Source: an uncultured Elusimicrobia bacterium
GTDB lineage: Bacteria > Elusimicrobiota > Elusimicrobia > 2-01-FULL-59-12
Assembly (NCBI GenBank): GCA_964506645.1
Contig: CAZDML010000001.1
Span: 12,072 to 76,071, forward strand
Direction of reading: 5' to 3'
Length of the DNA stretch: 64,000 nucleotides
Both the position numbers and the translations under genes were made by a program. Shown in pieces: positions 36,566 to 46,548 of this stretch. Below the pieces are notes generated by a model, which did no database searches, was not told the origin of the DNA, and saw only the letters and a program-made list of their open reading frames with translations. Position 1 is the first letter of the stretch, and every line of letters starts with the position of its first letter.

Positions 36566-39055
36566 ATGGCTAGCGACCATTTCCGAAACATTTTTCTCAA
36601 GGAAAAGCACGAGTCTCAAAGATTTAAAAGTAATCGGTCCTTCAGCAAACCTCCACCACTTTCCCCCGTTGAGCGAATAAGCCATGCGAGAAAATTGATC
36701 GCTCAATTTGACGCCATCTGGGAGCAATCAAAAGCGAAGAAGGCTGTTTCGATAACGGGTCGTGACGGCATATACATCGAATTCATCAGTTTCCCCGGGT
36801 ACGAATTGAAAATTCAGAGCCTGGAAAATATTAAGAGTCGAATACGTCTGCTAAACGTCCGCACCATCGATAAAGACGGTAAGTCACAAACATTGGCTAC
36901 CGTATTCGTCCCTGCAGGCAAAGAGAAGCTTTTTCTAAAGACATTCCAAGACTATGCTACTAAAGAAAATTCGAAAACCGGTACTCCCAGACACAAATCT
37001 CTTGTTGAGAGTATTAATGATTTTCACATTGCTGCCCTCTCTGGCCTTTGGACTGACAAGAAGGTTTCTCCTCCAGGAGAGCATCCTGCTTGGGTAGAGG
37101 CCTGGTTGGCCACTGACAGTAAAAAACTTGTCGATGAATTTCGGGAAACGCTTAAAGAATTAAAAATTGTTGAACACGAAGATCGACCGGAGATTCACTT
37201 CCCTGAACGGACAGTGGTCTTAATTTTTGCCGACCAGAAACAATTATTGTTGCTGATCGAATCGACCGGTTTGTTGGCTGAACTGAGACCTGCCCAGGCA
37301 ACGGCAGCATTTGTGCTTAAACTCTCGAACCAAGTTCAGGCGACAGTTGCTCAATCGATTCTCAAGAGGGCCACTATTGCCAAGAATTCAAACGTTTCAG
37401 TGTGCATCCTTGATCATGGAGTCAATCGGGGACATCCGATGTTGTCTCCCGTTCTGCCGGACGATGATTTGCTTACAGTCAATGAGAAATGGGGAAGCAA
37501 TGACACCGACGGCCATGGAACCTTGATGGCTGGCACTGCCGCCTATGGCGATATCCTTAAGATTATGAATACCAGCGAGCCGATTCAGATTCCTCATGGG
37601 ATTGAATCAGCCAAGATTCTGCCGCCTGGGAAATCCCAAAACGAGAGAAATCTTTGGGGTCATATGACAAAGCAAGGAATTTCGAGGGCCGAGATTCATG
37701 CCCCTCTTAGGCAACGCATTGTTTGCATGGCGGTTACAGCAACTGAGACAAGCGATCGTGGGACTCCGTCATCCTGGTCCGGCGCCATCGATCAACTTGC
37801 AGCGGGTGTAGATGATGAAACGAAAAAGCGGCTTTTGCTAATCAGCGCGGGCAACGCAAGTGACAAGGAGTACGCAAACTATCCGGAGAGCAATAAAACC
37901 AGCGATGTCGAAGACCCGGGCCAAGCATGGAATGCGCTGACGGTTGGTGCCTACACAGAAAAGACGAAAATTGCTCAGTCTGACTGGAAGGATTATGCCC
38001 CATTGGCAAGTGCAGGTCAGCTATCGCCTTTCAGCACAACCTCTGTTGCTTGGGATCCGTCGAGGTGGCCGATTAAGCCAGAAATTGTATGTGAGGGCGG
38101 GAATGTTGCCCGAGGTCCAAATGGAGGGACGATCGAGGCCGATGAGCTCCAATTGATCTCCACATCTCACGATACAACCATTTCGCACTTTGCAAAGTTT
38201 AACGCGACAAGTGCCGCCACTGCGCTGGCGGCTCGAATGGCGGCAATCATACAAGCCGAATATCAGGAAGCCTGGCCGGAAACGATCCGTGGGCTGATGG
38301 TGCATTCTTCGCAGTGGACCGAGGCCATGGAAAAACAATTTAAGGGGGCCGACAATAAAACCTCGTACAAAACGCTCCTTAGAGCGTGCGGGTACGGAGT
38401 TCCTAACTTAGAACGAGCGATTTATTGTTTAAAAAACAGACTGACCCTTGTTAGTCAGGCTCAAATTCAACCATTCATTAAAGAAGGCAATGACTATCGC
38501 AGCAATGAGATGCACTTATATCCGCTGCCTTGGCCGAAAGATGTGCTCCGTTCACTTGGTGAAACCAAGGTGGAGATGCGAATTACGCTTTCATATTTTG
38601 TCGAGCCAGGCCCTGGGGAGATCGGATGGGAAAATCGATACAGATACGCTTCACACGGCCTTCGTTTTAAAATAAACGCTCCAGAAGAAAATAGACAGCA
38701 ATTTGTAGCGCGAATTAACCGTGAAGCACGCGAATCTGATGACGGACATCCGGGAACGGCATCGCCCAACGAGCATTGGGTTCTTGGGCAACAACAGCGT
38801 GATATAGGGTCTATACATTCAGATATTTGGAAAGGAAATGCGGTACAGCTGTCCGCATCAAATTTTATTGCAGTCCACCCAAGCATCGGATGGTGGCGCG
38901 AGCGTCGTAATTTGGAGTGTTGGAACAAGAAAAGCCGTTATTCTTTGATCGTGTCTATTCATTCGCCTCGAGAAGACGTTGATATCTATACGCCCGTGGC
39001 AACCCAAGTTGGGATCAAGACCCCCGTACCTGTTCCTGTGCTAATCGGGTGGTAG
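36566..39055 (+). CDS. S8-family subtilisin-like serine peptidase (IetS-like)
   Basis: D (VCILDHGV), H (DGHGTLMAGTAAYG) and S (NATSAATALAA) triad in S8 order. 829 aa with long N- and C-terminal extensions. No signal peptide. Confidence 0.8.
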   Translation: MASDHFRNIFLKEKHESQRFKSNRSFSKPPPLSPVERISHARKLIAQFDAIWEQSKAKKAVSITGRDGIYIEFISFPGYELKIQSLENIKSRIRLLNVRTIDKDGKSQTLATVFVPAGKEKLFLKTFQDYATKENSKTGTPRHKSLVESINDFHIAALSGLWTDKKVSPPGEHPAWVEAWLATDSKKLVDEFRETLKELKIVEHEDRPEIHFPERTVVLIFADQKQLLLLIESTGLLAELRPAQATAAFVLKLSNQVQATVAQSILKRATIAKNSNVSVCILDHGVNRGHPMLSPVLPDDDLLTVNEKWGSNDTDGHGTLMAGTAAYGDILKIMNTSEPIQIPHGIESAKILPPGKSQNERNLWGHMTKQGISRAEIHAPLRQRIVCMAVTATETSDRGTPSSWSGAIDQLAAGVDDETKKRLLLISAGNASDKEYANYPESNKTSDVEDPGQAWNALTVGAYTEKTKIAQSDWKDYAPLASAGQLSPFSTTSVAWDPSRWPIKPEIVCEGGNVARGPNGGTIEADELQLISTSHDTTISHFAKFNATSAATALAARMAAIIQAEYQEAWPETIRGLMVHSSQWTEAMEKQFKGADNKTSYKTLLRACGYGVPNLERAIYCLKNRLTLVSQAQIQPFIKEGNDYRSNEMHLYPLPWPKDVLRSLGETKVEMRITLSYFVEPGPGEIGWENRYRYASHGLRFKINAPEENRQQFVARINREARESDDGHPGTASPNEHWVLGQQQRDIGSIHSDIWKGNAVQLSASNFIAVHPSIGWWRERRNLECWNKKSRYSLIVSIHSPREDVDIYTPVATQVGIKTPVPVPVLIGW

Positions 39056-39079
39056 ATGCCCGAGTTAGATGGACACCTG

Positions 39080-39586
39080 TTAACGGTGCCGCGAAATGAC
39101 TGCTTTGGGACCACACATGAGCCCTTCAAACGCTTTAATCTGGTCGAAGGGATCACGTAGTCGGGATAGCCGGTTCCAATCACGGTCACTGATGACCGGG
39201 TTGTGGACAGTAGGTTCCAGGGCTCGGATGTAGGCTTGGATGCGGGGTGCGAGGTTCAGAAGGTTTAGAATCTGGCTGACGCGCGTGGGGTCGACCCTCA
39301 TGTGCTTGGCCAGGGCAAACCGGGTAAGGCCGGGCGTCGTGGCCAAGGTTTTTTGAAGGTCGTAAGCTTTGGCGAGAAGCGTTTGGATCGCTGGTGGCTT
39401 GGGAATCGGCTCTTTGGAGGCGCGGATGGTTTGGTGCAATTCAAAGGCTTTTCGGCGCACCAAGCGTACGCGGCCGCGGGATTCGAAAATTGGGCCGAAA
39501 TCAAATTTGTCCCATAAACACAACGCGTTCCGGGCATTCGGGGTACTTTGACGAGAGTCGGACGCGGGGAGTTCTTTCCTCACCAC
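39080..39586 (-). CDS. ParB-like HTH protein fragment (possible remnant/pseudogene)
   Basis: LTRFALAKHMRVDPTRVSQILNLLNLAPRIQAYI resembles the ParB HTH (..VANLLRLLKLPEEVQ). Lacks the N-terminal ParB/Srx domain. Only a GTG start, which abuts the divergent downstream gene. Confidence 0.3.
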   Translation of the reverse strand: MVRKELPASDSRQSTPNARNALCLWDKFDFGPIFESRGRVRLVRRKAFELHQTIRASKEPIPKPPAIQTLLAKAYDLQKTLATTPGLTRFALAKHMRVDPTRVSQILNLLNLAPRIQAYIRALEPTVHNPVISDRDWNRLSRLRDPFDQIKAFEGLMCGPKAVISRHR

Positions 39587-41419
39587 ATGATGAATCGCTC
39601 TCCTCTGGTAAAGAAACTGTCATTCCAATGGGGCTTACTCTTGTGTGTAGCGGCGGTGCTTTGGGCTGTGGTTTCTCCTCGTTTCCCAGTTGGACATTTT
39701 GAGGACGACGCCCGAGATATTCTGGCTGCGCAATCTCTCCTTCAGGGTCGTTACGCGAATCTGCAAAATCCCGCTCAACCCCTTTTAAACTTTCCTTTGC
39801 CTGGCTTTCCGCTCTTTTTATCCCCCTTTGTCTTCCTGGTTCAAGGGCGTTGGGAGTGGCTTAAAATTCTTCCCGGGGCACTCTCCCTCCTCATGCTTGT
39901 GATGATGTATCGTTTGGCACGTTCCGTGCTGACGCCAGAGCAAGCGATGCTCGCAACCGGTCTTATGGCCATCAATCCCTTGACGGTGTATCTTGCTTCA
40001 TGTGTTATTGTCTATTCGCTTTTTGGTGTTGTCCTCTTTGCCAGTTTTCTCAGGCTGCAACACTATTTGCGATCCCCAACTCAGAAGGCGCAGTGGCTCC
40101 TGGGATTCTGGCTGGCCATCGCCTGTTTAATTCGCCCCGAGGGAAAGATTCTTGGATTGGCGATTGGAGTGGCAGTGGCACGCGAGCGGCCTAAGAAAGA
40201 GCTTTGGCGCATACTGACACCGGCCATGGTGATTTTATTGGGATGGGGCGCTCGGAATTATTTTTTGACACAGGAAATATCTGGATATAGTGCGTATTGG
40301 ATTGAAAATGCACACACGCTTATCCGGGACCCTTTTTTTATGGTTTTAAATTTGGGCCGCGAAGCCCACACGTTTATGATGGAAACGTTTTGTGCGTTAT
40401 TGCCATCCTCTAGATTAGAAAAGATGGTCGGATGGATTCTCGCGCTGAGTGCGCTGGGTTTTGTGATGAAAGGTATACGTGAGTATCTTCCGGGGTGGAA
40501 GAAGGGACTGCCGCTGGCTGTGCTCATTTTTTGTGGGGTGTTTTATGGGATGCACGGTGTTTGGTTGGCACTGAGCCCGCATTATTTTTACTGGTTGTTG
40601 CCCTGGCTCTATCTGGCCTTGGTCAAGGGGATGGATCCCCGTTACACTTCGTTAAAAGCCCGCTGGTACGGACGGGGGGTCATCGTTTTTCTTTTGATGA
40701 TCTATGGCATTCAATATGGGCGTGCTATCCAGCAGACCTATGGGACCCCGCACCGGACATGGCTTACAGATGCTTTCCAAACGACCTTGCGGAAAGAAAG
40801 AACAGTCGGTTCCGTGTATGTGTTAGCTCCTTCGGCCGCCAATCTGACGCTTCAGACGGGAATGCCTTCACTTTCACGGATTCCTGCTCGTGATGTGGAC
40901 TTCTTTCGGTATCGATTGCATCGTGAGGGAATCACACATGTGATGATCGCGCCGGCTGAATATATGTATTTGCGGTCACGGCGTGGGGATGATCCGGAAG
41001 TGCTGTGGTCGCAAATCGCTGCTTGGATCCAGGAATTACCGTCGGATTTCATACCGATTTATGCCGATCCCAATGCCCCTGTTAAGCTCTATCGGGTTCG
41101 CGTCCCCCCCGTTTTTGTGAGGGCGTATGAAACGTATGAAAAAGCATTGGAAGCGCCACAGCTGGAGACAGTTTTGGACGGTTTAGAGGCGGCGCTCGCC
41201 ATCGATGATCAATTTCCTGAAGCGCTGAACGCCTACGGCGCCACCTGTTATTTATTAAATAGAAAGAATGCCCAAGCCGAAGCGCGACTGCGAGAGGCCG
41301 TTCGCCTGCGTCCAGGATACCGTTTGGCCTGGTTAAATCTCTCGCGCATTTTAGAGCGCAAAGGCGATAAACAAGGTGCGTCACATGCGCGTGCGCAGGC
41401 GCTCTCGAATCCCAAGTAG
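39587..41419 (+). CDS. GT-C fold membrane glycosyltransferase (PMT/ArnT-like, GT39/83) with C-terminal TPR repeats
   Basis: About 11 TM helices. First-loop acidic motif HFEDDARD. C-terminal TPR-like segment (ALNAYGATCYLLNRKNAQAEARLREAVRLRPGYRLAWLNLSRIL). Confidence 0.65.
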   Translation: MMNRSPLVKKLSFQWGLLLCVAAVLWAVVSPRFPVGHFEDDARDILAAQSLLQGRYANLQNPAQPLLNFPLPGFPLFLSPFVFLVQGRWEWLKILPGALSLLMLVMMYRLARSVLTPEQAMLATGLMAINPLTVYLASCVIVYSLFGVVLFASFLRLQHYLRSPTQKAQWLLGFWLAIACLIRPEGKILGLAIGVAVARERPKKELWRILTPAMVILLGWGARNYFLTQEISGYSAYWIENAHTLIRDPFFMVLNLGREAHTFMMETFCALLPSSRLEKMVGWILALSALGFVMKGIREYLPGWKKGLPLAVLIFCGVFYGMHGVWLALSPHYFYWLLPWLYLALVKGMDPRYTSLKARWYGRGVIVFLLMIYGIQYGRAIQQTYGTPHRTWLTDAFQTTLRKERTVGSVYVLAPSAANLTLQTGMPSLSRIPARDVDFFRYRLHREGITHVMIAPAEYMYLRSRRGDDPEVLWSQIAAWIQELPSDFIPIYADPNAPVKLYRVRVPPVFVRAYETYEKALEAPQLETVLDGLEAALAIDDQFPEALNAYGATCYLLNRKNAQAEARLREAVRLRPGYRLAWLNLSRILERKGDKQGASHARAQALSNPK

Positions 41420-41438
41420 AGTAAAATGAGTAAACTCC

Positions 41439-42164
41439 ATGATCTTCATTATCCTCCCCGCCTTTAATGAAGCCAAAGCACTGCAAGCACTGATCCCTGC
41501 CATCGGACAGGAACTGGCCGCGCAGCCGTACAAAATCGTCCTTGTGGATGACGGGTCGTCCGATGCCACACCTCAGGTCGCAGCCGAACTTTCAAAAAAA
41601 CAACCCATCGAAGTCCTGCGTCACCAACCGAACCAGGGATACGGCGCAGCCATCCGCACAGGAGCGCTCTGGGTGATCAAAAATGGCAAGCCGGAAGACG
41701 TTGCGCTGACCCTTGATGCCGACAATACGCATCTGCCAACCTTCTTTCCGGTGCTTACCCGGAAGTTGGGAGAGGGATTTGATGTGGTTACCGCTTCTGT
41801 GTCGCTCCCAGGTGGCCGACTGGAAGGGGTCCCTCCTCTACGGCGACTGATGAGCGCCGTGGTGAACCGGTTGTTCGGTTCAGTCTGTGCGATCCCCGGC
41901 ATCAGCACGTACACCAACGGCTTCCGTGCCTTCCGCGTACGCGCTTTACAGCGTGCTCATGCCAAATATGGCGATCGTTTGATGGAAGATACGGGTTTTC
42001 CAGGAGGGGTCGAGCTCTTTTTGAAGGTGATCAAAGCTGGGGGGCGTCCCGCCGAGGCCCCTTTTACGCTTTATTACCAGAACCGGGGGGGGGATAGTAA
42101 GATTCGCTTCATCCAAACCATCCGGCGCTACCTCCTCCTCCTCTCCCGTTTTCGCCAATTTTAG
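41439..42164 (+). CDS. GT2 polyprenyl-phosphate glycosyltransferase (Dpm1/Ppm1-like)
   Basis: MIFIILPAFNE...VLVDDGSSD...D.D GT-A motifs. 241 aa. Confidence 0.7.
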   Translation: MIFIILPAFNEAKALQALIPAIGQELAAQPYKIVLVDDGSSDATPQVAAELSKKQPIEVLRHQPNQGYGAAIRTGALWVIKNGKPEDVALTLDADNTHLPTFFPVLTRKLGEGFDVVTASVSLPGGRLEGVPPLRRLMSAVVNRLFGSVCAIPGISTYTNGFRAFRVRALQRAHAKYGDRLMEDTGFPGGVELFLKVIKAGGRPAEAPFTLYYQNRGGDSKIRFIQTIRRYLLLLSRFRQF

Positions 42165-42243
42165 GGTTGCGGATCCCCCCTCCGATCGAATACAATAGTG
42201 GCCTAGATTTCGACCTGAACCTGCCTTTTCCATTCAAATACTC

Positions 42244-42885
42244 ATGAAGCGGTTTGGTCTCACAGTCGAGGTGTTAGGGTTGTTCGGCACCTTGATTTTT
42301 TATGTATCGCCGGCGATGGCGGAAATGCCTGAGATCTCAGGCAGCAGCGCCTCGTCCGCCGTCTCGGCCGTTGCCTCCGATAGCGCAACGGTCGTTGAAC
42401 CTTTTCTGTGGCCATTGTCCCCGATGATTGGGGGAAAAAAGACGATGGTGTTGTCCGGTTTTGGAAAGCGCCAAGTGCCACAAAACCTCTGGCCACTACC
42501 GACAGCCAAAGGCCCCGTCTTTACCGGGGTGGAAGATCATAAAGCAGTCGATTTTATCGCCGCCGAAAGCGCAGTCGTACGGGCGTCCCGGGCAGGAAAA
42601 GTTCTTTTTATTGGGTTTTCCAAAGAGTACGTGAGTCGTAAGGATAAAAATGATAAGTGGCGGGCGGTGATTATCCGTCACGCCGATGGCATGAGCACGC
42701 GGTACGTGCACTTAAATGCGGTGCACGTAGCGCCCGGTCAACAGGTCACTGCAGGGCAGGTGATTGGACGTGTGGCATCGTCCGATGAATGGACCGACCC
42801 GGTGTTTCATTTTGAGATTCGAGATGCAAAGGGAGTGGCGCTAAATCCTATGGATCTTTTACAAGTCGAAGGAGCACATCCGTAA
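42244..42885 (+). CDS. M23-family peptidase domain protein, possibly degenerate active site
   Basis: HKAVDF (HxxxD) is present, but the HxH motif reads FHFE. Signal peptide. Confidence 0.65.
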   Translation: MKRFGLTVEVLGLFGTLIFYVSPAMAEMPEISGSSASSAVSAVASDSATVVEPFLWPLSPMIGGKKTMVLSGFGKRQVPQNLWPLPTAKGPVFTGVEDHKAVDFIAAESAVVRASRAGKVLFIGFSKEYVSRKDKNDKWRAVIIRHADGMSTRYVHLNAVHVAPGQQVTAGQVIGRVASSDEWTDPVFHFEIRDAKGVALNPMDLLQVEGAHP

Positions 42886-44238
42886 ATGGCCAAGCGTCCC
42901 ATTTCGGTTTTGATTTTAGCGGCAGGCGCAGGAACGCGCATGAAGTCGGCCACGCCGAAAGTGCTGCACAAGGTGGTTGGCCGTCGTTTAATTGAACATG
43001 TCATTGCGGCTGTTCAAGCGCTTAAGCCCGCCCGCACTGGGGTCGTGATTGGCGTGGAGCGCGAAAAAGTAAAAGCCGCGCTCATCGCTTCCGGTCTTAA
43101 ACTTGATTTTATTGTGCAGGATCAGCCCAAAGGCAGCGGTCATGCCGTGATCAAAGCCAAAAGCTGGTTGACGCGAAAGAAAGGCACGCTACTGGTTGTC
43201 TACGGAGATACACCGCTGCTGACCGCGGCCACGCTGCAGAACTTGATCCGGGCGCATCAGAGCGCGGGACATGCAGCGACGTTTCTGGCGATGGATGTGG
43301 CCAACCCGTCCGGGTATGGCCGGATGGTGGTGGACGGCCAAGGGCTTCTGGAGAGGATCGTCGAGCATCGCGATGCCAGTCCTGAAGAGCTGAACATTTC
43401 GCTGGTCAATTCCGGAGTGGCCTGCTGGGACATTGCGTCGCTTCTGCACGTGCTGCCAAAGTTGAAACCCAACAATGCGAAGCACGAATACTATTTGACG
43501 GATTGTGTCGCGCTTCTGCGCGCACGCGGACAACAGGTCGGCGTCATGACGGTGGCCGACGAGTCAGAAACCTGGGGCGTTAACAACCGCATCGATCTGG
43601 CGCAAGCCGAAGCCGTATGGCGCAAACGGATCCTGGAGCATTGGATGCGTGAAGGTGTGACGATGGCCGACCCGGCTACGACCTATATCGATTTGAATTC
43701 CCGGTTGGCGCCGGATGTCCGGCTGGGCCCGGGCGTGATCATTGAAAAATCCATTTTGGAACCCGGCTGTGATATTTTCGCCTATTCGATTTTAGAAGGG
43801 GCGGTCGTGAAAACGGGCGCCAAGATCGGTCCCTGCGCGCGGCTGCGGCCGGGAGCGGTGATCGAGACGGATGCGCACATCGGTAATTTTGTCGAAGTGA
43901 AGAAAAGCCGGATCGGCCGCGGCAGCAAAGCCAACCACCTGACGTATATTGGGGATTCGGTGATCGGTCAGGGCGTGAACGTCGGTGCCGGAACCATTAC
44001 CTGCAACTACGACGGCTATACCAAGTCGCAAACGATTATTGAGGACGGTGTATTTGTCGGTTCCAATACGAATTTAGTCGCACCGGTGCGCGTGAAGAAG
44101 CGCGCCATTATCGGTGCCGGGTCGACCATCACGAAAGATGTGGAAGCGGGATCGCTGGCGGTGGCGCGGTCTCCGCAAGTGCTGCGCAAGGGCTGGGCCG
44201 ATGCGTGGCGCAAGAACAAAAGCCGCCGGAAGAACTAA
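42886..44238 (+). CDS. glmU: bifunctional UDP-N-acetylglucosamine pyrophosphorylase / glucosamine-1-phosphate N-acetyltransferase
   Basis: N-terminal [12 protein letters not shown]-terminal left-handed beta-helix hexapeptide repeats. 450 aa. Confidence 0.9.
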   Translation: MAKRPISVLILAAGAGTRMKSATPKVLHKVVGRRLIEHVIAAVQALKPARTGVVIGVEREKVKAALIASGLKLDFIVQDQPKGSGHAVIKAKSWLTRKKGTLLVVYGDTPLLTAATLQNLIRAHQSAGHAATFLAMDVANPSGYGRMVVDGQGLLERIVEHRDASPEELNISLVNSGVACWDIASLLHVLPKLKPNNAKHEYYLTDCVALLRARGQQVGVMTVADESETWGVNNRIDLAQAEAVWRKRILEHWMREGVTMADPATTYIDLNSRLAPDVRLGPGVIIEKSILEPGCDIFAYSILEGAVVKTGAKIGPCARLRPGAVIETDAHIGNFVEVKKSRIGRGSKANHLTYIGDSVIGQGVNVGAGTITCNYDGYTKSQTIIEDGVFVGSNTNLVAPVRVKKRAIIGAGSTITKDVEAGSLAVARSPQVLRKGWADAWRKNKSRRKN

Positions 44239-44249
44239 GAGGAACGTTC

Positions 44250-45182
44250 ATGACTGCGTTAAAAGTATTTTCGGGCAATGCCAACCGCGGACTTGCGGAA
44301 GAAATTTGCCAGGCGCTGAATGTGCCGCTGGGAAAAGCCGATGTGGGCCACTTCTCGGACGGTGAGCTTCAAGTTCGAATTTTAGAAAACGTCCGCGGCC
44401 ATGATACGTTTATCGTGCAGCCGACATGTCCGCCGGTCAACGACCATTTGATGGAATTGCTCATCATGGTTGATGCGCTGGCACGTGCTTCCGCCCGGCG
44501 TATTACCGCTGTAATCCCGTATTATGGCTACGGCCGCCAGGATCGCAAAGCGGAGCCACGTGTACCCATCTCGGCCAAACTGGTTGCCAATTTGGTGACA
44601 GCCGCCGGCTGCGACCGCGTGCTCGCGATGGATTTGCATGTCGGACAGATTCAGGGTTTCTTTGATATTCCAGTGGACCACTTGTATGCGATGCCGGTGT
44701 TCCTCGAATACATACGGCAGAAGAATTTGAAAGACGTGGTCATTGTTTCACCGGATGCCGGCGGCGTGGAGCGCGCCCGCGCCTTTGCCAAACGGCTCGA
44801 TGCGGATCTGGCGATTGTCGACAAACGCCGCCCGCGCGCCAACGTGGCGGACGTGATGAACGTGATTGGTGAAGTCGAAGGCAAAACAGCTATTTTGTTG
44901 GATGACATGGTAGATACGGCAGGCACACTCTGCAAGGATGCGGAAGCGCTCAAGAGGTTCGGCGCCAAACGGATTTTTGCAGCCACATCTCACGGTGTGC
45001 TGTCCGGCCCGGCCATGGAACGGCTCGAGCAGTCGCCGATTGAAGAGCTGATGATCAGCAATTCCATCCCGCTCAACGGGAAGAAGTCGTCAAAGGTTAG
45101 GGTCTTATCGGTGGCGCCGCTGCTCGCGGAAGCGATCAAGCGAATCCACGAAGACCAGTCGGTCAGTCAATTGTTCGTTTAA
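44250..45182 (+). CDS. prs: ribose-phosphate pyrophosphokinase
   Basis: [20 protein letters not shown]..., PRPP-binding loop DDMVDTAGT. Confidence 0.9.
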   Translation: MTALKVFSGNANRGLAEEICQALNVPLGKADVGHFSDGELQVRILENVRGHDTFIVQPTCPPVNDHLMELLIMVDALARASARRITAVIPYYGYGRQDRKAEPRVPISAKLVANLVTAAGCDRVLAMDLHVGQIQGFFDIPVDHLYAMPVFLEYIRQKNLKDVVIVSPDAGGVERARAFAKRLDADLAIVDKRRPRANVADVMNVIGEVEGKTAILLDDMVDTAGTLCKDAEALKRFGAKRIFAATSHGVLSGPAMERLEQSPIEELMISNSIPLNGKKSSKVRVLSVAPLLAEAIKRIHEDQSVSQLFV

Positions 45183-45197
45183 ACTCAGGAGGCAGTT

Positions 45198-45947
45198 ATG
45201 GCTACAAAGGAAATCGTACTCGAAGCAGAAAAAAGAGAAATCGGCACTCGCGGCGCAATCAACATACTGCGTCAACAGGGGCGCGTTCCCGCCGTGGCAT
45301 ACGGTGATAAAGAAGGTCCCCAGCCGGTGACCTTGGATGGCAAGCGCCTTCAGACCCTGATCCAGGTGGAACATGGCCGCAACGCCCTGATCACCTTGAA
45401 AGTGGGCGGCACCAGCCACCCCGTGCTGATCAAAGAACTTCAACGCGACATGATTACCCGTCAGATCATTCACGTCGACCTGCAGCGCGTGTCGCTCAAA
45501 CAGAAGATCGAAGCGCTCGTCCCCGTTCACGTCAAAGGCGAAGCGCCGGGCGTCAAATTGGGCGGTGGTATTATGGAACACATCACCCGCGAAATTCGCG
45601 TGCGATGTCTCCCAACGGCCATTCCGGAGTCAATCGATGTCGACGTCACCAACCTGCAGATCAATCAATCGATCAAAGCCAAAGACCTGTCCATTCCTGA
45701 GGGTGTGGAACTTCACCACATGGATCCAAACAGCGTGATCGTCAACATCGTCACGCCGAAAGAAGAAGAAGTGGCAACCCCCGCAGCCGGAGTTGCGGCT
45801 GCTGCTACGACGGCGGAGCCCGAAGTCATTAAGAAGGGCAAAGTCGAAGAAGGTGAAGAAGGGGCTGCTGCTGGAGCCAAACCCGCTGCGGGCGCGAAGC
45901 CAGCTGCTGGCGCTGCTCCTGCCGCCAAAGCCGAAGGCAAGAAGTAA
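45198..45947 (+). CDS. rplY: 50S ribosomal protein L25 / general stress protein Ctc, with Ala/Pro/Lys-rich C-terminal tail
   Basis: L25/Ctc beta-barrel N-terminal domain. Follows prs as in the conserved glmU-prs-ctc-pth arrangement. Confidence 0.85.
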   Translation: MATKEIVLEAEKREIGTRGAINILRQQGRVPAVAYGDKEGPQPVTLDGKRLQTLIQVEHGRNALITLKVGGTSHPVLIKELQRDMITRQIIHVDLQRVSLKQKIEALVPVHVKGEAPGVKLGGGIMEHITREIRVRCLPTAIPESIDVDVTNLQINQSIKAKDLSIPEGVELHHMDPNSVIVNIVTPKEEEVATPAAGVAAAATTAEPEVIKKGKVEEGEEGAAAGAKPAAGAKPAAGAAPAAKAEGKK

Positions 45948-45964
45948 GTCTCTCGCATTCCCGA

Positions 45965-46015
45965 GCCGATGTGGTTTTTCCGACGACGGAATACCACATC
46001 GGCTTTTTATTTTAT
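45965..46015 (+). terminator. rho-independent terminator after rplY
   Basis: Perfect 11-bp stem GCCGATGTGGT...ACCACATCGGC followed by TTTTTATTTT. Confidence 0.8.
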
Positions 46016-46026
46016 AGGGTATCCGC

Positions 46027-46548
46027 ATGATTAAGCTGGTGGTCGGTTTAGGCAATCCTGGAAAAAATTACACGCACACGCGCCATAACGTCGGGTTTCT
46101 CGTGCTGAACCGGCTGGAACAAGGGGAGGCGCCTGACGTCGTGCTGTTTCGACCGGATAGTTTTATGAACCAATCGGGCGGGCCTGTCAGCCAGATCGCC
46201 CGCAAGAAAGGCATCCAGCCGTCTGAAATCCTTGTCGTATGTGATGATTTTTCGATTCCCCTGGGAACCCTGCGCCTACGCTTTAAAGGGTCATCCGGCG
46301 GGCATAATGGGCTGGACTCCATTTTGAATGCCTTTGGAACGCAGGACATTCCGCGCTTACGCGTGGGCATTGGACCGGTTCCCGAGGGCCAGGATCCCGC
46401 TAATTTCGTTTTGGCTTCCTTTGCCTCCCGAGAAAAACCTATACTCGATGACGCTGTGGCGCTTGCGGCTGATGCGGTACGCACCACGGTCACGCAAGGA
46501 TTTGAAACAGCCATGAATAAGTTCAACAAGAAAGGGGAAAGCGCGTGA
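46027..46548 (+). CDS. pth: peptidyl-tRNA hydrolase
   Basis: MIKLVVGLGNPGKNYTHTRHNVGF is the canonical Pth N-terminus. Confidence 0.9.
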   Translation: MIKLVVGLGNPGKNYTHTRHNVGFLVLNRLEQGEAPDVVLFRPDSFMNQSGGPVSQIARKKGIQPSEILVVCDDFSIPLGTLRLRFKGSSGGHNGLDSILNAFGTQDIPRLRVGIGPVPEGQDPANFVLASFASREKPILDDAVALAADAVRTTVTQGFETAMNKFNKKGESA

